Positions 12,445 to 21,226 of a DNA stretch of 64,000 nucleotides are shown here, in pieces. The position numbers were made by a program, and so were the translations under genes. Location: assembly GCA_027923505.1 (NCBI GenBank), contig BROI01000013.1, positions 124,001 through 188,000 of the forward strand, in the 5' to 3' direction. The notes under the pieces were generated by a model. The model was not told the DNA's origin. It searched no databases and worked only from the letters and a program-made list of their open reading frames with translations. Position 1 is the first letter of the stretch. Every line of letters starts with the position of its first letter. This DNA comes from Mayamaea pseudoterrestris (Eukaryota).

Positions 12445-13524
12445 GAGCGTCCGGTAAAACGTCATTTTCGACAAAAATGTCGCACCGTTTCTAATTTTTA
12501 GTCGTGGATAAGATTTGATTGGCGAATACGCGCGCGTGCCAATCCAGTCTATGCTTGCGCGCCAACGGATCGCCAAATTTACTTTCAGACGTTGTCTGAA
12601 TCAGAAAGATACTTTCAGACATTGTCTGAATCAGAAAAGTACTTTCAGACACTGTCTGAAAGTGAAAGATACTTTCAGATTTTATCTGATTAAGCCTAAT
12701 TTTTCTGAAAGCGAAGTCAATGATATTTTTATAGTTTATGATTGGTCGTGGAGGCAGCTGTTTCCATTGATATGTCTCGATGGTATGACTGCCACCAACC
12801 AAGCAACCAAGTTTTCGACGACGACGACCATGGCACCTTCGACAAGCACTGACTAGCCATACAGCTTGTTGCAATACATGTTATAAATGGTCATTCGTGT
12901 CAAGAACCTGGCAGTATAGTAATGATTTCCCAGGAAAAGGATGATGTGTTGGCTGCATGAAGCGGAACTGGCGCCTGGGCCCCCATGAACACAAATCGTG
13001 TCGTCGTGAGCTCCACAGGCCCCTCACGACCAAACCAACTTGACAGATCCAATCGCCATATATTAGTTAGTCTATTTTGAAGATGAAATTATTAGAATTG
13101 GCCTTCTATAGCTTGAGCTGACAGTGGTAGTGCTTGTAAGCGTATGCACGGCAACGAGCGTTGTCGAAGGCATCAAGTTCACCGTCATGGATGGCTGCAC
13201 ATAATAAATGAGTTTTGTGACCATTGATATTTACAGCATCTGCAAAAAGTACTTTAAACGTAATAGTAACATACTTTCAGATTCTGTCTGAAACTAAAAA
13301 GTACTTTCAGTCATTGTCTGATTAAGCCAGATACTTTCAGACATTGTCTGAATCAGAAAGATACTTTCAGACATTGTCTGAAAGTAGCAAATCGCAGACT
13401 CTGAAACAGCTGGACGGGCTGGCGCGCCGCGCCGGCACGGCTTTCAACTGATCTTCGAAGCGTCAACGGAAAATTGAGTGCCAGTATGACATTTAGTCAC
13501 AAAAAGTCATTTTACCGGACGCTC
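12445..13524. mobile_element. Non-autonomous TIR element (MITE), PIF/Harbinger-like, copy 2
   Basis: Colinear but diverged copy of 11358-12441 with the same TIRs; CTG at 12442-12444 and 13525-13527. Confidence 0.85.
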
Positions 13525-13765
13525 CTGTGGCTTAAACAGTGGTGCCAAAAACTTTGATTTTCAACGTACGCTGACTGTCTCTCAAACAGTAGTGCCAAAA
13601 ACTTTGATTTTCAACGGACGATGACTGTGGCTTGAACAGTGGTGCCAAAAACTTTGATTTTCAACGGACGATGACTGTGGCTTGAACAGTGGTGCCAAAA
13701 ACTTTGATTTTCAACGTACGTCAACTGTCACTCAAAGTGTAGTGCTAAGAACTTTGAAATATCAA
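13525..13765. repeat. 50-bp minisatellite, ~4.8 copies
   Basis: Units start at 13525, 13575, 13625, 13675 and 13725 (CTGTGGCTTGAACAGTGGTGCCAAAAACTTTGATTTTCAACGGACGATGA). Confidence 0.92.
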
Positions 13766-13957
13766 AGTTAATATCAATGGTTTATCACTACTGCCACTAT
13801 AGCCTCAAATTGTAGTTAATCTTATTTACAAACGTGAAAACATAGTAACTGTCTATCTAACAGTACTGTCATCCATCCGAAGCATTCGACCATGATGATT
13901 GATCATTTGCATGTCCTGGGCTACAATACCGTCATTCTCCTCCTTTCAATCCAGAAT

Positions 13958-15982
13958 ATGAACATATCGCTACGAATATTGATTTTATTTGTATCAGTGA
14001 CTGATGGGTTTCTCCTCCACCTGCATTGGGCTGCGGCAAGGCGACCAGCTATCATTGTCAACCGGCGGCCATCGTTTCTCTTGTTATCCGCTCCGACGAA
14101 TGATTCATCAATATCCAGCCTCAACTCGCAGCATCAACATCGCCATCAGCATCCGCAATATTCGGAGCCAGACATGATGGCATACGCATCTGCCTACAAG
14201 ACTGTTTTCAAGGAGCTCCCATTTCGCATCTGTGAACCATCGGTTGGGAGCATTCCATCGGATCTTCAAGGAACCTACTATCGAGCTGGCCCAGCCATGT
14301 TCAGCGCTGGATCCATTGTTCCTCCAAAGACATTTATCGTGCAGCCAAAGCAGCCCCCAGTACCAGATGGAGCAGATCCAGATCGCATGGTGCAGCATCC
14401 TTTCGACGGAGATGGAGCTGTCATTGGAGTCACCTTTTCAACGAAGAATGAAACACTCGACAACGAACACAATGTCGCTCCTACTTGTACTGCGAGATAT
14501 AGATTCGTTCGAACGACAGCATTTACTAATGAACGCAAAAAGGGAGCTAAGCTTTATGACGGCATGGAGTCGACGCGCGCCATGAGTGTCTTTGCTGGAA
14601 ATGGCTTGGGAAACGACTATCCAATTCCATTGTTTACGCATCATTTGCAGGCTGGTCTCAACAAGTTTCGCAAAAATACCAGCAATCTCAGAACCATTTA
14701 CTGGGGCAAGCGACTCATGACGTTGTGGGAGAGCGGATTGCCCTACAAGTTGGATGCACGCGCCTTGCAAACCGAAGGAAAGTCGCAACTTGGTGGAGCT
14801 ATTTTGAAGGAGACTGATCCATTTGGCGGCAAGATGGTTGTATCCGGCGATCGCGCACTCTTTCATGCCGTCGAGCAAGACTTTCTCGGCAACTCCAAAT
14901 TGACACTCTATGAGTTTAATCAAAGCTTTCGCCTCGTCGATCGGCAAACGGTGGACTTGCCAGGCTACGCCTTAATTTCTGATTTTGCGGCCACTGCCAA
15001 CTACGCCGCCTTCATTACGCCTGCAGTAACAGTCAAACGAGGGAGTTTACTTGACATTGGCGGATCCAAGGAGCCAGGAAAAGCTTTGAACCTCAATGCG
15101 AATGGAGATGCTACTGTTATTCTCGTTCCGCGCGTCGGCAGCAACAAGGACGTTATGCGAATTCCACTTGCTGCCGATGGTCTTTCCGACGCCAACCTGC
15201 AATTTGTCAATGCGTACGAGGAAGATGAAGGTGGTAGTGGCACGATAATTATTGACTGCATCAGATCAGATACCACCAAACTACAAAGCAGTGAGCAGCC
15301 GCCATTGTGTTGGCCATGGGCGCAAACTTTGCAGGAATATCAGTCGAGTGCATCGGCTAAATCGCTTTGGAGATACACGGTGGATTTGTCCACTAAAACC
15401 ATCTCGAGGAGGTTGCTGGTCGACACGCACTGCTATTTTGCCGGAGTGAATCCGAGCAAGAGCTCTAGCCGGCATAGATACGTGTACATGAACGTTGGTG
15501 CCTGCGGAAACGACGCGGCACCGCCACAAGGAATTGCCAAGGTTGACGTTACTAAATGTGCCGATGGAAATGTCCTTGCCGGAACATGGATGCCTGACAC
15601 ACACGAGTTCTGTGGCGAGCCAATGTACGCTTCACAAGCGGGAGTCGACGAGTCTGCTGCCGAAGATGCTGGCTACATACTTTCCGTCTTGTATGACGGC
15701 AAGAGGCGTGAGAGTGACTTAATCGTCCTTGAGGCTCGCAACATTGCTGCTGGGCCTATCACTAGAATACCACTCGGCATTGCAATTCCACATGGCCACT
15801 TTGGCTGCTTTTCTAGTGGCAACGAGGTAAAATGGCCAGCGGAGGAACTTGAGCGACGGGCTAAACTTTTGGACAAGGTTGAATCGCGAGGAAATCGTTG
15901 GAACGAGCTCAAGAGTGATTTTTCTGGATTGGGTTTGCGATTCGATGATATGGAGGAGTATTTTGGTGACTTTTTCAGCTAG
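13958..15982 (+). CDS. Carotenoid cleavage oxygenase (RPE65/CCD) family homolog, likely plastid-targeted, atypical active site
   Basis: GSIPSDLQGTYYRAGP, HPFDGDG, NTSN, WESGLPY, FCGEP, EDAGYILS motifs. MNISLRILILFVSVTDG-F presequence suggests start at 13958 rather than 13892. Confidence 0.9.
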   Translation: MNISLRILILFVSVTDGFLLHLHWAAARRPAIIVNRRPSFLLLSAPTNDSSISSLNSQHQHRHQHPQYSEPDMMAYASAYKTVFKELPFRICEPSVGSIPSDLQGTYYRAGPAMFSAGSIVPPKTFIVQPKQPPVPDGADPDRMVQHPFDGDGAVIGVTFSTKNETLDNEHNVAPTCTARYRFVRTTAFTNERKKGAKLYDGMESTRAMSVFAGNGLGNDYPIPLFTHHLQAGLNKFRKNTSNLRTIYWGKRLMTLWESGLPYKLDARALQTEGKSQLGGAILKETDPFGGKMVVSGDRALFHAVEQDFLGNSKLTLYEFNQSFRLVDRQTVDLPGYALISDFAATANYAAFITPAVTVKRGSLLDIGGSKEPGKALNLNANGDATVILVPRVGSNKDVMRIPLAADGLSDANLQFVNAYEEDEGGSGTIIIDCIRSDTTKLQSSEQPPLCWPWAQTLQEYQSSASAKSLWRYTVDLSTKTISRRLLVDTHCYFAGVNPSKSSSRHRYVYMNVGACGNDAAPPQGIAKVDVTKCADGNVLAGTWMPDTHEFCGEPMYASQAGVDESAAEDAGYILSVLYDGKRRESDLIVLEARNIAAGPITRIPLGIAIPHGHFGCFSSGNEVKWPAEELERRAKLLDKVESRGNRWNELKSDFSGLGLRFDDMEEYFGDFFS

Positions 15983-16235
15983 CGAGACATGAGTTTCGTT
16001 TTGTTTGACATACTGTAGCAATCCATCATCGACATAGTGTGTATATACTGTAACGTACTTGGCACAAGCACTGGTAGGATAGCTGAATGGGTCGATTGAC
16101 ATTCGGAGTTTCTCCGCGCCAGGCGGGCAGTCATCACGCATGCACGCGATTGGCGATATTATTTTTATCGACGGACGACCCCAAAACTTCCAACTTGTTG
16201 CCCAATCACTTACTATACGAGTTACAAGAACTACC

Positions 16236-17285
16236 ATGACGAATACGACAATCGGATACGAATCTGTCGGTTCAATCCAGGAGTTGAGTCAAGCTCCTTT
16301 CCAAGGTCTAGACTTTCCTGGTTCTCGAGCAGCGACGAACTCACTGCACGCTGCTGGAAGTCGAGGCCCTCCTTCCGATGCGATTCTCCTCAAAACTGCT
16401 GGCAACGCTCTTCAAGCATTTAGCCGCCACGAGATTCATGACGACGATGACTTTGTTGCGGTTAGCTGTCCGAAAAACGTCAATGCTGGCGACTGCATTC
16501 GTATAATTGCACCTGATGGTAGTGGCCGAGAGATTGAGACTTTTGTTCCGCAAGGAATCTCCGTCGGGCAAATGTTTCTAGTTCGTCTTCCTCCAAGACC
16601 AGAAGATTTTCATGGGACGAATTCACATCCTGTTTTTGTCGTTGGGACTCCAGCTTCTCCAACGGAACGCCCAGTGGTTGCTAGTTTGGACTTGGACATG
16701 GAAACGGCCACGAGTATAGCGCTCGACTCCCTGGTACTCTTACCTCCACCAGTCGCTACGGCGGTCAACGACTCGAGCGCCCCATGCGCAACTGCCGTAT
16801 CAGATCACCATGGACAAGATTTAGTGCTTGTTAAGGTTCCGATTGGTGGCAAAGCGGGAGACAAGCTGCACATATCGACGAATAAGGGCCAGGTGATCGA
16901 AGCCACGGTACCACCCAACTCAACCGAGTTCTATGTTCGAATTCCTGCAGCTGCAATTGGAAACAATCATTTTTCTGTACCACCAGCGCATGGAGTTGCT
17001 CGTCAACCTCCGCAACCGGAGACTCCTATCAACAAAACAACCAACGATGATAGCAATCTTCTTCTCGTCCAAGTTCCAAATGGAGATTGGTCGGGCGATC
17101 AGATCCAGGTGACGGCATCCGACGGCCGCATCATTGAGGCAACGATTCCGCCCGGAAATGTTAATGAGTTTTACATTCGTGTTCCTTCTCATGCGCCCGG
17201 CAATACCGGTATTAACAACTTGCCCGTTACTAATCCGCTCGGAGCGCTTCATTCGTTTCTAGGATGGCAGCAGCACAAAAAATAG
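16236..17285 (+). CDS. Unknown protein with three copies of a ~45-aa Pro/Gly beta-rich repeat
   Basis: Repeats VxVP..GD.I.V...DGR.IEA.VP...EFYVR.P separated by low-complexity linkers; start codon uncertain (16140 or 16236). Confidence 0.75.
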   Translation: MTNTTIGYESVGSIQELSQAPFQGLDFPGSRAATNSLHAAGSRGPPSDAILLKTAGNALQAFSRHEIHDDDDFVAVSCPKNVNAGDCIRIIAPDGSGREIETFVPQGISVGQMFLVRLPPRPEDFHGTNSHPVFVVGTPASPTERPVVASLDLDMETATSIALDSLVLLPPPVATAVNDSSAPCATAVSDHHGQDLVLVKVPIGGKAGDKLHISTNKGQVIEATVPPNSTEFYVRIPAAAIGNNHFSVPPAHGVARQPPQPETPINKTTNDDSNLLLVQVPNGDWSGDQIQVTASDGRIIEATIPPGNVNEFYIRVPSHAPGNTGINNLPVTNPLGALHSFLGWQQHKK

Positions 17286-17624
17286 TCACTGCAAGGCCGA
17301 TTAGAGAGAAATTTTGACGATCTGTAGTCATATACATAAGTATACATCTATTATAACATTGCAGACGCGTTATTGTCAACCATAAATTCATTGGTAAAAA
17401 ACTGAAATAAACATGACTACTGAAAAGAAACGAGAGGCTACAAGTAGATAGCAGGCGCTGATCGATCGATGGAATGGCCATTGCTGACCAAAGTGATAAT
17501 GTGTTCGTATGGCAGTCCATTCGACCAGAGCGACTACCGGTTTTCGTATCTGCCGGTCATTTTCGATTACAAAGTCGAGTACGCATTCACATGCCACACA
17601 TCATTAGTGTAAGTAAACACGTGT

Positions 17625-18509
17625 TTAACTACTTTCATTGTTTTCTAGCGTAAAATTTTCAGCTGGTACAAGTTCGTGGGGCTCATAGGTTGAACCATCG
17701 ACTAGAAACGGAATGAGCATGTCAAGCTCAAGGCCATGTAGCTCCCCACAAATAATGAGCGAGTGCAAAGGACCTCCAAAATCCTGCTCCAATAGTTCGT
17801 TTAATGTTCCTGCCTTGATACACTGCGTGGGGGAACCCATGCGAGCCAAGCCGACGCATAGCGTTCGTCGTCCATCGTACGCGCCTCCGTGATGCGTGTC
17901 TTCCGCCTCGAGCAACTGCTGACACGCCGTATTCACAGTCATAAACCTTGGCGGCAAGTACTTGGTTTGATTCTTCATCATGGCTTGAAAGTCAGGTTCC
18001 TTGACTTTGATGTCTAGCAAACAAAGGGTATGCATTCCGCCTTGTCGATTGTATAGAATTTTAGGGTAAAAACTCGTCGGTCGCCAATTCTCCTCAAAAA
18101 ACGGAATGCTGACCGTTTGTCCGAAATTATAGAGCTGCAGTCCGCATGCTCCAGCAGCTCCCATGATTGATGCATTGTGCACCACTTCAACGCGTATATC
18201 TCGTTGCATGGCGCGAAGGATCAAATCGGAATGCGTCGTTGCGCAGACCGGATCTCCTACTACCAAGAAAGCGACTTTTAGCGTCAGCGCAGGCTCTAAT
18301 ATCAAGTCTTCGGCTTGTTGTTCGACCAGGTCGCGGTCCGCAATGGTGATGGAACATCCATAGAGTTTTTCGAGGCGTTGCTGGTCGACTCCCAAAACTG
18401 AAGTGTACGCCTCGAGAAAGACATGGTCACATTGCTTGACGAGCTTGAGGCCCTTGACGGTGATGTCGTCCTCATCGCCAAGTCCAAGGCCTATCAAGTA
18501 TAGAACCAT
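17625..18509 (-). CDS. DPH5: Diphthine methyl ester synthase
   Basis: MVLYLIGLGLGDEDDITVKG, FLEAYTS, LVVGDP..ATTHSDL, GLQLYNFGQTVS, HTLCLLDIK, DFGGPLHSLII. Confidence 0.97.
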   Translation of the reverse strand: MVLYLIGLGLGDEDDITVKGLKLVKQCDHVFLEAYTSVLGVDQQRLEKLYGCSITIADRDLVEQQAEDLILEPALTLKVAFLVVGDPVCATTHSDLILRAMQRDIRVEVVHNASIMGAAGACGLQLYNFGQTVSIPFFEENWRPTSFYPKILYNRQGGMHTLCLLDIKVKEPDFQAMMKNQTKYLPPRFMTVNTACQQLLEAEDTHHGGAYDGRRTLCVGLARMGSPTQCIKAGTLNELLEQDFGGPLHSLIICGELHGLELDMLIPFLVDGSTYEPHELVPAENFTLENNESS

Positions 18510-18857
18510 GGTGCTACAGTATTATTCTTGAACCTCAACTTGCGGGACCATGCCAGCGAGAACGATTGACGGATCGAATATCGAAAATGGATGGGTGGCG
18601 GTTGGCAGCACGACACTCGAGCGCGCAGTGAAGCCATTCGTATCATGACGTTTTGTGAATGACAGAAATGTCAATTGTGTACTTGAAGCTCTATACTTGA
18701 GTTTCCTTCCGTTGAATTTCCAATAGTCGTAGCGGTATTGAGACGTTTTTTCCAACAACGCATCCATTCCATCTCAAGCGATGACCAACGAGACGAGCGA
18801 ATTATAGATTCATAGATCAATTATTAGACTTGCAACGCTTGCTATAGACGGTGGAAT

Positions 18858-21063
18858 ATGAAAATGACGCTTTGTTGCTGTTGCGGCAAGAACGATGACT
18901 ACTATGACGACGTAATCACGACGAAATCAGACGTTGCGAATCGATCGTCAACGAACGTCGTGCAGGAAGAACCAGTTCCACAAAGGATGGACCGAGCGAT
19001 CGGTCATGATGCGTCAACGACTGGATCAGATCGTCGGACAGTTGCTTGGATGAGAAACTGTCAAGAATCGCCTCTTGCAAATTCGCAGCGACCAGTTGAA
19101 TTGTCGGAAACTGAAGCGGTTACCTGGGCGTTTCCCGACATGATGCCCAAGCAAGAAGAGGTTCAAACGACTGCACCGCAATTTCAATCATCCGCCACAG
19201 AACGACAAACGCGACAGAAATCTCTTGAGTCACCATACAGAAGATTCTCCCCACAAACACGCGGCAAGGAGATGATGCTACACTCAGCGATGCGATCATT
19301 CGAGGACAACAGCAAACCACAATCCGATGCAGCACCAATCAACGTTGAAAAAAGAAACTCAGTTGGAGAGCTATCAACAGAAACCTTTCAAAAACTTGAT
19401 GATCATAGATACTCCAGTGTGGAACGATTTGAACGTGGCGACTCGGGAGATATTCAAGACGAGCTCGACGCCATTGTTTTGTTCTTGCAAGGGCGAGACA
19501 ACAGTTCCGCCAGTCAAGCTCTACCTTCGAAATCTAACTCGAATGTATTGCGTCGAACAACCCCTCATCAGCAAAATCCTGTTTTTATTCTGAAAAACGA
19601 AATAATGATCCGAGATGAGCTAGAAACAAGAGCGCATCAGCAAAACAGCAAAGTGCCATCGCCAGCAGCAACGCCGATACAAATGTCGTTTACTCAAAGA
19701 TCTGCGCTCGACAGTCGTCCACGTCGCATGCTCACTAAACAACCCCAATCAAAAAAGTCTGTCGAAGCTAGTACGTTGTGCACACCGTATCGCCAACCAA
19801 AGCTATCTCCACTCGCGATCAGCGAAGTGGATTCAGGTTCCCAAGAACGATACCTCTTTGCATGTCGCCTGCTCAAGGCTGCACTCCTTGAACGAGAGAA
19901 TGTGCTCTTGCCAAGCGAAAAGACATTTCTTTATGATCTGTTGGAAGAGACTGAACGCGCACCGTCTGAAGCACAGTTGCATGCGGTTGAAACTGCCTCG
20001 ACCACCTTGAAGTTGGATCCGCTATTTCAAATCAATGAAACGTTGAGTGACGAAGAGTACGATGACAAGCAGCATCGCTTTCTTGCTCATGGTGACCGCA
20101 ACTGTTTGCAGCAACGCCGTCGCCACTATGCTCAAGCAGACATTCATTATGAAGGACGCGACGTGGCCTTGTTGCCCAATCTTATTGATGACGAAGCCAC
20201 CGACGTTGATACAACCGTGTCAAGTTCCATCACATACCGGCATAGTATGAGCAAGGTTGCTTCGGTGGCTAGGTTCGATGGTCGCGAGTTTCCTTTCTTT
20301 ATACTTGGCGTTACTCCTGCATTCAAAGTTGGAGTGTTGACTCCATCGCTCATGGAATCGTTGCGGAGCTTTTTCCCTTATGCCATCGCTGACCAAAACT
20401 TTTGGTTAAAATATTCCATGCAGCGTGACGGCGTGTCTCTGCCTATCCTTCTATCAAAAGTGCGAACGTCCAAGTATACGGTGCTTGGCGTGGAGACTCG
20501 AGATGGCCATGTCTTTGGCGCATTCTGCTCGGCGGCGTGGCGCGTCCAGTCTACGTGGTTTGGCAACAGTGGATGCTTCCTTTGGAGGCTGAAGCGTTCG
20601 CGACTCGATAGATGCAGAATGAGAACTTTTGCGTTTGACAACGAAATGGAGGTGTATCCGTACACGGGCAATGACCGCATGATTCAGTATTGCTCGCAAA
20701 AGAGCCTTGGAGTTGGAGGTGGCGAGTTTGGCTCAAGTGGATTGCCCTTTCCAGATGAACCGACGGGTATAGGCTTCATGATTGACGGCGATTTGCAAGG
20801 TGGAGAAACGAATTCGTGTGGGACTTTTAATAATCCGCGTCTGGCGTCGAGGTTATCGCCAACAAAAAATGAGTTCGATGTTCTCAACTTGGTAAGTATC
20901 TGTTGATGGATATGATAGAAACACGTAGCTGAAGCAAAACATCTGAACCTTTAGCTTTCTTGTACAGGAAGTGTGGACGTCAACGTCATGTGTTTCGATT
21001 GAAGAGGCCGAAAGAGCTGAACTACATCAGCACTTTGTCAACGAATTTGATAGGGAAGACTAG
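18858..21063 (+). CDS. TLDc-domain protein (OXR1/NCOA7-like) with long low-complexity N-terminus
   Basis: WLKYSMQRDGVSL, GHVFGAF, WFGNSGCFLW, LGVGGG, G.T.SCGTFNNP. Intron 20892-20967 supplies the terminal EVW exon. N-terminal CCCC. Confidence 0.9.
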
Positions 21064-21226
21064 ATATGTATTCATTTTGATGCTAATCAACTTTCTTCTT
21101 ATCTACTACGAGTAGGTCATACGATGGTCTCACGAGATCCATCAGCTTCGTGTCGATAGCGAAATACCAGCTTACAGGTACTAGATAACGCGACTCCTTA
21201 GCAAGACATCAGTATCAATGTGTCAG

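Noticed and set aside
11226..12874. ORFs with SESIFLIQTT repeats
   Set aside because: Translations of the MITE subterminal repeats; frames are not conserved between the two copies.
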